Positions 50,536-59,359 of a stretch of 64,000 bases of DNA are shown here, in pieces (the stretch's first letter is position 1; the number at the start of each line of letters is the position of its first letter). Origin of the DNA: an uncultured Muribaculaceae bacterium (GTDB taxonomy: Bacteria > Bacillota_I > Bacilli_A > RF39 > UBA660); the NCBI GenBank assembly GCA_964370755.1, contig CAYJKL010000004.1, positions 1,136-65,135 on the forward strand, read 5' to 3'. Below the pieces are notes generated by a model, which was not told the DNA's origin, did not search any database, and saw only the letters and a list, made by a program, of their open reading frames with translations. A program made the position numbers and the translations under genes.

Positions 50536-51505
50536 AAATACCTCCCTTGAATGCATAGTTTTTCATTAGTAAGAAAGTAACTGGAACACCGAGAGCTACT
50601 GCTATTATATAGGAATATACTTCACTGATTCCAATAATATTATAAAATAAAAACACTACAATATTTTGAATTAAAAAATTAGGGATATATGATATTACAA
50701 ATTTTATAAATTTTTTAGTTGAATAATTAGTTTTGAATGTAATACTTGTATTTAAAATATAAGATATTATTAAACTTGTGATATATCCTAATATGAAACT
50801 AATATTAGCATTACTAATTATGTTGGAATATAAAATTGCAAATAATACTCCATTTATTGCATTTATTCCACCTACAAATAAAAATTTTAAAAATTCTTTA
50901 TTTATAAATTGTTTTTGTGTTTTTTGCATTAGTGAACTTCTATTATACTCCCAGTCACTTATATCATTCCCCTCCACGATAAAAGATTTTTTCGCTAACT
51001 TGGCCAATGGTTCATCTGAATATGAATCAGAGTAAAATTCATTTATTTTTGCATTTGGATATGCAATCTTAAACCTAAATACTTTTTCTTTGCCATAACA
51101 ATTTAACCCTGTATACGTACCTGTTTTCATATCTACTATAGACGCTAACACATTGTTTACACCAAGCCTTTTCATCATTGGCTTTACTAAAAATTCTGGA
51201 GAAGCTGATATGATAATATCACTTTCTTTTGTTTGCTTTAAATAATATTCTAAAATATTTTTTTCCTTAGCATCCCAAAATTTTTCAACTAGTTTTTTTG
51301 TGTTTCTACTCTTAGTTAGAAATACATAAAACTTTTCTTTGAATTCAGTTTTTGTATATATTTTAAATATATACTTTATAAAGGCAATACCTTGTTTTGG
51401 AAGGCATAGTAATATTTTTGGGTTATTTTTTATACAAAAAAAATAAAAATCCTTTGTTGAATCATTTTTATAGATTGTTTTATCAAAATCATATACATTA
51501 ATCAT
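50504..51505 (-). CDS. HAD phosphatase::GtrA-like flippase fusion protein
   Basis: N-terminal YDFDKT (DxDxT) with a HAD-IB-like body. The C-terminal 130 aa form a 4-TM GtrA-like domain (FLKFLFVGGINAINGVLF). Confidence 0.75.
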   Translation of the reverse strand: MINVYDFDKTIYKNDSTKDFYFFCIKNNPKILLCLPKQGIAFIKYIFKIYTKTEFKEKFYVFLTKSRNTKKLVEKFWDAKEKNILEYYLKQTKESDIIISASPEFLVKPMMKRLGVNNVLASIVDMKTGTYTGLNCYGKEKVFRFKIAYPNAKINEFYSDSYSDEPLAKLAKKSFIVEGNDISDWEYNRSSLMQKTQKQFINKEFLKFLFVGGINAINGVLFAILYSNIISNANISFILGYITSLIISYILNTSITFKTNYSTKKFIKFVISYIPNFLIQNIVVFLFYNIIGISEVYSYIIAVALGVPVTFLLMKNYAFKGGIYENYNKKIKR

Positions 51506-52566
51506 TTTAACTCCTTAAACTTTTCTGTGAAAGCAAACATATTTCCTATAATTGATGATAATATAATTGATATTATACAACATATTATAAAAAATAGAAT
51601 TTCAATTATTATATTATCATTTAGCATTGCATCTAAATTAAGTGTATACATTATAAATACAAATACTAGTGGATGAAATAAGTATATCACAAATACATTA
51701 TTTTTATATGAACTTATTAAATTTTTAGTTAACTTTTTATGCGATAAATATTCTATAAGATTATTAATTTTATCGGAAAGTAAATATATTAATACCATAC
51801 TTGAACATGAGTATAAGAAAAAAATCATATTTGGTGGAAATTTGTTATTTTGCATAATCAGACTTATTCCTGTTGCGCTAGAAAAAATTAGTATTAATAT
51901 TATAAAAACCGTAACTAATTTTAATACGCTTCTTGCGGATATTTTTTGTTTACTATGACTATTATAAAATAAACCCAGGTATGTAAAAAATATATAAAAT
52001 ATTATATTTATAAGTATGTCATTTACAAATATACCTTTTATATTTAGTAAAGTGCTTAACATTATTAGACCTGTTGTTATATAAAATATTATATATTTTG
52101 TTTTTATATTATTTTTAAGTTTTTTTAATAATGGTATCATTAACATTATTCCGATATATACTGGTATAAACCATAATGCGTATGTTAGATAAGGAACATT
52201 TGATATTGAATATTGACTAGGTAATATCCAGCTTGTTATAAAATAAAAGTTGTTTTCTATTTCTAATCCATAGTATTCATTCCAGATTAAGTTTATTATC
52301 ATTGCAGCGTGAGAATAAACAATAATTGGTACTGCAATTCTTAGCATTTTATTTTTAAGATATAAAGAGTATTTTTTTGTACTTGATAATGAATTTGAAG
52401 CACCAGTTAGATAAAAAAATAACGACATTTCTATTAGGAGTAATGATTTAATAACCATACCTAGTTCATCCACAAATACTGGTATCCAAAATAAGCAATG
52501 AATAAATATAACATGCATTATTGCAAATGTTCTTAAATTGTCTATTTTATTATCTCTTAACTTCAT
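51502..52566 (-). CDS. Acyltransferase_3 family membrane O-acyltransferase
   Basis: N-terminal DNLRTFAIMHVIFIHC and about 10 TM helices. Confidence 0.8.
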   Translation of the reverse strand: MKLRDNKIDNLRTFAIMHVIFIHCLFWIPVFVDELGMVIKSLLLIEMSLFFYLTGASNSLSSTKKYSLYLKNKMLRIAVPIIVYSHAAMIINLIWNEYYGLEIENNFYFITSWILPSQYSISNVPYLTYALWFIPVYIGIMLMIPLLKKLKNNIKTKYIIFYITTGLIMLSTLLNIKGIFVNDILINIIFYIFFTYLGLFYNSHSKQKISARSVLKLVTVFIILILIFSSATGISLIMQNNKFPPNMIFFLYSCSSMVLIYLLSDKINNLIEYLSHKKLTKNLISSYKNNVFVIYLFHPLVFVFIMYTLNLDAMLNDNIIIEILFFIICCIISIILSSIIGNMFAFTEKFKELK

Positions 52567-52580
52567 TTTTCCCCCTGGTA

Positions 52581-53450
52581 TCAGAAATAAATTAAAAATA
52601 TTAATATCCCTGAAAATAGCGTTGATAATAGTAGTAGGCCTTTATCTTTAAATAACACCTCTACTGGATCTCCATCTGAGTCTCCTTCTACTTGTAAACT
52701 GTACTTCATACATATTAGAATTAGTATTGGTACACTGTAAATTAAATTATTTGAACCTATCGCCTTTATTGTATTTTGATCTATTGTCCATAATGTATAA
52801 AATGCTATAGATAGTGTAAGATTCATATACATATTTTTATCTAAAAAATCTTTGTTGTAATGTTTTAATACATCTCTTACTTTGTCTGATTTATTAACTC
52901 TTATTAATTCATTTCTTCTTTTTCCTAAACCTAGGTAAAATGCAAATGTAATTACTGTAAGATAAAGCCAATTTGATATTTCAATATTTGTTATCATCGA
53001 ACCAAATAATATTCTAAATATAAAACCTGATACTAAAATTGCAACATCAACTATAGGTATATTTTTTAGGCCAAAACTATAAGCTATATTAAATATAAAA
53101 TATGAACTAATAATTATATACGGATATATATTGCTTTTCGATGCTATAGCTGCAACTACTAGCGCTGATATAAATAAAATTGAACCTAATATACATGCTT
53201 TTTTTACTGAAACACTTCCATTTGCTATAGGTCTATTTTTTTTAGTTGGATGTTTACTATCTTTTTCTTTATCTCTAATATCATTTATTATGTATACAAC
53301 TGATGAAATTAAACTAAATGAAATAAATCCTAGAAAACCAATTTTTAATATTTCTATATTAGTTATATTTCCACTGAATATTATCGGCAGTAGTATTAAT
53401 AAATTTTTTATATAGTGCTTTATTCTCATTAACTTCAAATATTTTTTCAT
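52581..53450 (-). CDS. UbiA-family prenyl-phosphate phosphoribosyltransferase-like (DPPR synthase-like)
   Basis: NDIRDKEKDSKHPTKKNRPIANG motif and 8-9 TM helices. I moved the start to MKKYLK after GTGAGGA. Confidence 0.78.
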   Translation of the reverse strand: MKKYLKLMRIKHYIKNLLILLPIIFSGNITNIEILKIGFLGFISFSLISSVVYIINDIRDKEKDSKHPTKKNRPIANGSVSVKKACILGSILFISALVVAAIASKSNIYPYIIISSYFIFNIAYSFGLKNIPIVDVAILVSGFIFRILFGSMITNIEISNWLYLTVITFAFYLGLGKRRNELIRVNKSDKVRDVLKHYNKDFLDKNMYMNLTLSIAFYTLWTIDQNTIKAIGSNNLIYSVPILILICMKYSLQVEGDSDGDPVEVLFKDKGLLLLSTLFSGILIFLIYF

Positions 53451-53523
53451 TACAAAAATCCTCACTTTACTTGTTAATTATAACAAATTTTCTATTATTG
53501 TCAAAATATAGTTAGGCTTTATT

Positions 53524-53552
53524 AAAAAAAAATACGACTTAAAAATCGTATT
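53524..53552 (-). terminator. Terminator after the cohesin-protein gene
   Basis: AATACGA-TTTTTAAG-TCGTATT followed by T9 on the minus strand. It overlaps the stop codon. Confidence 0.65.
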
Positions 53553-54933
53553 CATCTTTCTTCTTTTTCTTTTTTTCTTTTTTTACTTTTTCTTTTTTAG
53601 GTTTACTATCTTTATTATTTTCTTTTTCTTCACCATCAAAAGAATGTTTTTTTGAAGTTTTTTTGTTTTTTCTCATAAGTCCGAATATTATAATAAATAA
53701 AAGTATTATGAAACCAGATAGACCCATGATTACATAAAGATACAATTCTTTATCGTCATTTACTTCGTCTACGTTTTGAGCATCATAAGCAATTACTGAT
53801 TCATTTTTACTATCATATGTGTAAAAACCTTCTTCTCCAGTTATTACACTTTTTCCATATACTACCCAAAACTCTGAATTTGCTTCTAGTTTTAAAACTT
53901 CCGCACTGTTACCAAAAATTGTTTCTGTGTATTTAGTATATCCATCAAGTGTCTTAGTAGTTTCTATTGGAACTATCATTAATCCATTAAATTTATATTC
54001 GATATACTTTGTGTAAGTGTTTTTACTTTCATCATAGATATAAAGTTCTACTAACCCTTCATCATCTTTAAGACCTACTAAAGTGTAACTTAGTTTATCG
54101 TTAGTGTATGTCGGTATTTCAAACTCACCCATTACTAGTGTTGACTCAACAAAGTTAGTAGGTGCTACTAGTTGCTCACGAAGTTTAACAACTGTTTTAT
54201 TATCACCTTCTACTGTTACTGGTATTGGATTTTGATCTATTACATTTACTGTTAATTTATAAACTCTTTCAGAACCATTTTGTGCCCGAACAGTTATATC
54301 AAAATTATTTATACCAGGTGTTACTGCAAGAGTACCTGCACCTTCTACTGAAGACCTTGAGTCATTTACACTTGCTCCTATGTTTATCTCTTTTGTTCCT
54401 TCAGGAACTTCTACTGTGTACTCTGATGTATCTTTATCAAATGCTGGTGATATTTCATAACCTTCTACAGTTAATCCTTTTAAATAATTATCTTTTGAAT
54501 AACTTGCTTCTATTTCAGCTTGAGTTTTTACTGTAATTGTTCTTGATGATGAACTTATTTGCATTTCACTCATATCATTTGCTATTACTTGATAACTATT
54601 TACTGCTAAATTTGTGCTCCCTGTTTTAAGTGTTTTAAATTTAAAAGTATAATCTTTATATGTAATACCTGCACTTGAATTTGCCATTCTAGTTCCACCA
54701 GCTTCTGCTGATGATGAAGTAAGTTGTAAGACACTTGGATCATATGATAAATCCATTATCCATGACCCTATTGCAGTACTACTTGATAACTTTACCGTTA
54801 CTGTTACCGTGTTTCCCTTTACAACCGTCGTGGCATTTGACGAAACACTAATACTTCCTGATGCGGCACTTACTATATTTGGAAATATTACTCCTGCTAT
54901 TAAAAGTAATAATAAATATTTTATTTTTCTCAT
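53539..54933 (-). CDS. Membrane-anchored surface protein: cohesin-like domain, cadherin-like beta-sandwich and a C-terminal TM with a Lys-rich tail
   Basis: Signal peptide ...NIVSA/AS. Cohesin-like GNTVTVTVKLSSSTAIGSWIMDLSYDPSVLQL. Cadherin-like YLKGLTVEGYEISPAFDKDTSEYTVEV. TM segment LYLYVIMGLSGFIILLFIIIFGL. Confidence 0.7.
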   Translation of the reverse strand: MRKIKYLLLLLIAGVIFPNIVSAASGSISVSSNATTVVKGNTVTVTVKLSSSTAIGSWIMDLSYDPSVLQLTSSSAEAGGTRMANSSAGITYKDYTFKFKTLKTGSTNLAVNSYQVIANDMSEMQISSSSRTITVKTQAEIEASYSKDNYLKGLTVEGYEISPAFDKDTSEYTVEVPEGTKEINIGASVNDSRSSVEGAGTLAVTPGINNFDITVRAQNGSERVYKLTVNVIDQNPIPVTVEGDNKTVVKLREQLVAPTNFVESTLVMGEFEIPTYTNDKLSYTLVGLKDDEGLVELYIYDESKNTYTKYIEYKFNGLMIVPIETTKTLDGYTKYTETIFGNSAEVLKLEANSEFWVVYGKSVITGEEGFYTYDSKNESVIAYDAQNVDEVNDDKELYLYVIMGLSGFIILLFIIIFGLMRKNKKTSKKHSFDGEEKENNKDSKPKKEKVKKEKKKKKKDEYDF

Positions 54934-54948
54934 TTTATTCCTTTCTTT

Positions 54949-56652
54949 TTATTGAACTATTGTATATGTTCCTAAGATGTTTTTTTGAACTTGTAATAAG
55001 TCAAAAGCATCTATTACTCCATCTTTTGTTGGATCTGCTGCTTTAGAGTAAACATCTACTAAACTATATGTTCCTAAAATACTTTTTTGTACTTGAAGTA
55101 AGTCTAGGGCATCTATATTTCCATCACCTGATGTATCTCCATATATTACTACTGATAAAACTTCTGTTCCAGCTTCTGATTTAATTGATATTTTATCTCC
55201 TGTTGCTAACTTTCCAGTTGTTTTTACATTTTCATTTTTATCCATAATTACTACGTTACCATGACCAGCAGCACCTTCAAGAGTACCTTTCATTGTTTCT
55301 GCTGTTGTTTCTGGAACTACTTTTGATATTGTTGTTGATGTATAGTCAAATCCACTTGATACTACTAGAGTACTTACTGGCATTTCAGATAAATCGTTAT
55401 CTGGATTTTCTCCAGTTGCTCCAGAGCCAGTATTGTCAATAATTGTGTCCATGTTATTGTAAACTGGAATCTTGAACATGTATGCATTATTTAAGAAGTT
55501 TGTATCTCTATAATTAGCATAAACTGTCTTAGCTTCACTCATCGGAGCTTGTATATTTGTCATGTACTGATTTAAATATAACTTATTTGCACTAGTAGGA
55601 ACTACATTAAACTTTTGTAAGTATGTTGTGTACTGTCCTACTGATATATATTTTGTTGCTAAGAAGTTAGAACCTCCTTGAAGTGCTTCATCTACTGAGT
55701 CCCATCCATAATTTCTAGCGTATGTTAGACCACAGTATGTTGTACCATTTTGTTTTACACAATCATCTGATACTCCTATGTTGTAAAAATTGTAAAGTCC
55801 ATAATATCCATCTGTTACTCCACTGTAAAGATTGTAAAGTGATGTTCCAGAACCTAATTCTTGTCTTATTCTTGACGCTAAGAAAGTTGGATTAACATCC
55901 GTACTTTTCCCTGCATTTAATACCATATTTGTAAAATCTAAGCCTTTTCCAGTATGATATGTGTAAAAAGATGCTCCCGAGAATATCGATGATATAACAT
56001 GCGTGTACTGACTTTCAAGTGATGCTTCGTATTTTAAGTATTCGAACTGAAATATAAAGTTTTCTCCTAAGAAGTTTCTTGGGTCTAAATAGTATGCTAC
56101 AGCCTCTTTTGTAGGTGGCTCCCATCCTGAATATCCATAACTACATGTTGAATCTATATAATTTGTATTACTTGTATAAAATAAACTAATACCGCAGTTA
56201 CTTTCTGCTTGCACAGCTGATGCCCATTCTAGATTTGTTGGAATTGCTTCGAATTGCCAGTTTGGGTGCTGCTCTTTAATAAAGCATAAATACGGAATAT
56301 AACTGCTTGGAAATCCTGCATTTTTCATATCTACTTCGCACTGTGTACTACCAGTTGCGTCTCCATAATTTATATACGGAATTGCATAGTTTGCAGATAC
56401 ATATCCTATTTTTCCAGTAGCTGGATCTTTTACTTTCCACCAATTACCTTCATATTTTGTTGTATCTACTAAATCAAGTATTGCATCAGCATAAAAGGTT
56501 TCTGAATAACTTGACCAACCATATGGACTTGAATGTAAATCTGCCCATCCATTAATATCTACTATTCTAACGTGATAAGTTTTTGCAAAGACATCAGAAG
56601 CTAATATGAAATATAAACATAATAAAAATACTAAATATACTACTTTTTTCAT
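54949..56652 (-). CDS. Secreted SH3b, glucosaminidase-like (GH73/LytD-type) protein with a C-terminal type I dockerin
   Basis: Signal peptide. SH3b-like WWKVKDPATGKIGYVSANY. AYYLDPRNFL and NPTFLASRIRQELG blocks. Two dockerin repeats, DTSGDGNIDALDLLQVQKSILG and DPTKDGVIDAFDLLQVQKNILG (54952-55143). Confidence 0.8.
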   Translation of the reverse strand: MKKVVYLVFLLCLYFILASDVFAKTYHVRIVDINGWADLHSSPYGWSSYSETFYADAILDLVDTTKYEGNWWKVKDPATGKIGYVSANYAIPYINYGDATGSTQCEVDMKNAGFPSSYIPYLCFIKEQHPNWQFEAIPTNLEWASAVQAESNCGISLFYTSNTNYIDSTCSYGYSGWEPPTKEAVAYYLDPRNFLGENFIFQFEYLKYEASLESQYTHVISSIFSGASFYTYHTGKGLDFTNMVLNAGKSTDVNPTFLASRIRQELGSGTSLYNLYSGVTDGYYGLYNFYNIGVSDDCVKQNGTTYCGLTYARNYGWDSVDEALQGGSNFLATKYISVGQYTTYLQKFNVVPTSANKLYLNQYMTNIQAPMSEAKTVYANYRDTNFLNNAYMFKIPVYNNMDTIIDNTGSGATGENPDNDLSEMPVSTLVVSSGFDYTSTTISKVVPETTAETMKGTLEGAAGHGNVVIMDKNENVKTTGKLATGDKISIKSEAGTEVLSVVIYGDTSGDGNIDALDLLQVQKSILGTYSLVDVYSKAADPTKDGVIDAFDLLQVQKNILGTYTIVQ

Positions 56653-56791
56653 ATAGCCTCCAATCATACTATATCATTATAACATTTTTTGTCGAATATT
56701 TGGTGATAAATTTATGAAAATTTTAACTTTTTGTAAAACAACCCTAGTTTTTTTTTAATCTTTATAATATAATTAAGTTGGTGAGAGATAT

Positions 56792-57400
56792 ATGCTTGGA
56801 AATAGTTATGATAAAATTGATTTTGTTTTTATATCATTAATAACACTTTATTTAGTTGTTTTACTAATATTAGTTTTATTTTTATTGATGAGACCAAGCA
56901 AGAAAGATGACAACAAAAATATAGAAGAAATTAATAAAATTAAAAATATTAAGAAGGTTAGAACTAAAGAATTTAAGATGCCAACTTTTGAATTACCTAA
57001 ACTTAATAGACCTGTTTGGCTAGATAAATTTATTTTACTTATGAAAGAACCTATTATTAAGAAGGTTGTTGTTAGCGAAACAAAAAAAGTTGCTTCTGCT
57101 AGCGTAATTATTAGTCCCGATAATATAAATACTAATAATGTTGAACCTAAAGTTAAAACTAACGCTAAAAACAAAGAGGAAAATACTGTTAAAAATAAAG
57201 AAGAAATTACGAAAAAGAAAACTTCGAAAATTAGTAATGCTACTAAAAATAAAACTACTTCTACTAAAAAACCAAGTAGTACTAAAAAAGCTTCTGCTAC
57301 TAAAAAAACAACTAATACTACAGTTAAAACTACCACTAAGAAAAAACCAACTAGAAAGAAAACTCCTAAAACTTATCATAAAAACAAAAAGAAAAAGTAA
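56792..57400 (+). CDS. Membrane-anchored Lys/Thr/Asn-rich low-complexity protein
   Basis: RBS GGTGAGAG, an N-terminal TM helix and an extremely basic KKT/TKK-rich tail. Both antisense frames are also open, so the strand call rests on the RBS and TM helix. Confidence 0.45.
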   Translation: MLGNSYDKIDFVFISLITLYLVVLLILVLFLLMRPSKKDDNKNIEEINKIKNIKKVRTKEFKMPTFELPKLNRPVWLDKFILLMKEPIIKKVVVSETKKVASASVIISPDNINTNNVEPKVKTNAKNKEENTVKNKEEITKKKTSKISNATKNKTTSTKKPSSTKKASATKKTTNTTVKTTTKKKPTRKKTPKTYHKNKKKK

Positions 57401-57427
57401 CTTAGATATTATTCTAAATTACTTTTT

Positions 57428-59359
57428 TTATTCTGTAACCATATCATTTACATTCGGATCTACTTCATCATCAGTTGGTTTTTGGTCCTCTTCTTCGTCT
57501 TCTTCTGGTTCCTCTTCAATAATTTCTCCATTTATGTAAAAGTCTATACTTTTAAATGTACCTATTAACTGATTTATATGAATACTTTGGTCACCAATTA
57601 AATTACTATCCACTGAACTATTATACTCATCTTGTGTTGAATCAACGGTTATAAAGTCACAACTTAAATTATAGTCATTACAAAAGTCTTGTGCTTTTGA
57701 TTTAGATAGACCAATGAAACTTGGCATAACTTCGTACGTTCTGTCTTTAGTGTATCCAGAACCAGCTATAGTTGTTTCGTAAACTTCGTTTCCTGAAAAA
57801 CTAAATGTCTTGATGTTTTCATGTGTTTCAAGTTCTAAATTTATTTTCATCATTTTTATAATATTATCAAGTGAGTCTTGATAATACCCAAGTGATTCTG
57901 CTTCTCTACCACTTGAAGGTAAATAAACTCTTAAGTTGTAGTACTCTAAGTAACTTTTTTCGATATTAATTAGTTCTTCCCCTGCTAGTGAGTTTAGTAA
58001 AGCGTCTTTCATTACTTCATAACCCGATAACATTTGCTCTGGACTCATATTTGTTATGATATTATCTGATACTGTATTTAATACTTTTTCAAAATCACTA
58101 AAACTATTTAATGTTGTTACTTTATTTGCTATAGCTGTAACCACTTCTTGTTGATGTCTATTTCTATCTATATCTGATAACATATATAAATTTCTATTTC
58201 TAGCATATGCAAGCGCTTGTTCTCCGTTAAGTGTTTGATATCCAGTATCCATACATATTAAATGTACACCTGTGTATCTATCTGAATTTTGCTCACATAC
58301 TTGTCCATCATACGTATCATAGTCAGGTTCTTCAACATTTACATTTACTCCACCCAGTGCATCTACTAGTTCTACAACACCTTTAAAGTTTATTTTTATA
58401 TAATAATCTACATCTACATCTGTAAGTTTTTCTACTGTTTCAATAACACATTCTGTTCCATACGCTGCAGATGAATTAATTTTAGAAACACTATTATTAT
58501 TACATGTAATAGGTACTAAAATATCTCTTGGCATACTAAACATTGTTGCATTAAGAGTCGTTGGATTAAACGTAATAAGCATTAAAGTATCCCCATTAAA
58601 TGCTGCATTTGCATCAAGTCCATCTTCTGCTGAATCTACACCCATTATTAAGAATGTTAATGGTTCATCAAAATCTTTAGTAGCAACTATAGTTTTATCC
58701 GTATTTTCCATTTTTTCTTTATATGAATATAACACTATAGTATCTGCTGCTATATTTTCAAAACCTTCTTCACTACCTAATAATGAAACATAATTACTTT
58801 GCATGAATGCACCATCAATTTCACCACTATATAGATCATCTAACATCATTATATAACTATCGTATTTTACTATTTCATTTGTAAGCGATTCTTCAGTCAT
58901 TATTTTTTTTGCTAAAGTATAACCTTCTATATCACTAGTATTAGTAATCATACCAATTTTACTATCTTCTGTTAAATTTCCATCAGTTAAAGTAACTAGA
59001 TATGATGTATACTCTACTTCATCTCTTTCTCCAAAACCAGAAATTCCTTCATATATTGCATCTATATAAAAACTTCCAACTCCTAAAAAAATTGATGATA
59101 TAGTTATCATAACCGCACTTACTACAAATCTTTTATATTTTCTTTTAACTATTCTTGATGCACTCATTATAAAATAGTGAACTGCACTTCCAAATAAAAG
59201 TGCTATACCAATATACCTAAAAAGAGTTTCTACACCTTCTAAACTTAGTAAACTTCTAGTAAAAAGTATAAAGGTCACTAAGTACGCAATTAATGTAACT
59301 GCATATATTACTAGATATATTTTTTTTCTGCGAGCTAGTTTTCTTATTATACTTTTCAT
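57428..59359 (-). CDS. LytR-CpsA-Psr (LCP) family glycopolymer ligase with a C-terminal PASTA-like module and acidic tail
   Basis: N-terminal TM helices. LCP core FLIMGVDS...GDTLMLITFNP...SMPRD. Tail EEEPEEDEEEDQ. Confidence 0.85.
   Translation of the reverse strand: MKSIIRKLARRKKIYLVIYAVTLIAYLVTFILFTRSLLSLEGVETLFRYIGIALLFGSAVHYFIMSASRIVKRKYKRFVVSAVMITISSIFLGVGSFYIDAIYEGISGFGERDEVEYTSYLVTLTDGNLTEDSKIGMITNTSDIEGYTLAKKIMTEESLTNEIVKYDSYIMMLDDLYSGEIDGAFMQSNYVSLLGSEEGFENIAADTIVLYSYKEKMENTDKTIVATKDFDEPLTFLIMGVDSAEDGLDANAAFNGDTLMLITFNPTTLNATMFSMPRDILVPITCNNNSVSKINSSAAYGTECVIETVEKLTDVDVDYYIKINFKGVVELVDALGGVNVNVEEPDYDTYDGQVCEQNSDRYTGVHLICMDTGYQTLNGEQALAYARNRNLYMLSDIDRNRHQQEVVTAIANKVTTLNSFSDFEKVLNTVSDNIITNMSPEQMLSGYEVMKDALLNSLAGEELINIEKSYLEYYNLRVYLPSSGREAESLGYYQDSLDNIIKMMKINLELETHENIKTFSFSGNEVYETTIAGSGYTKDRTYEVMPSFIGLSKSKAQDFCNDYNLSCDFITVDSTQDEYNSSVDSNLIGDQSIHINQLIGTFKSIDFYINGEIIEEEPEEDEEEDQKPTDDEVDPNVNDMVTE

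Noticed and set aside
56848-57379. Two minus-strand ORFs (162 aa and 114 aa) overlapping the Lys/Thr-rich gene
   Set aside because: The open frames are a by-product of the A-rich repeat. Neither has an RBS or a sensible N-terminus, whereas the plus-strand frame has an RBS and a TM helix. Confidence in the plus-strand call remains only moderate.
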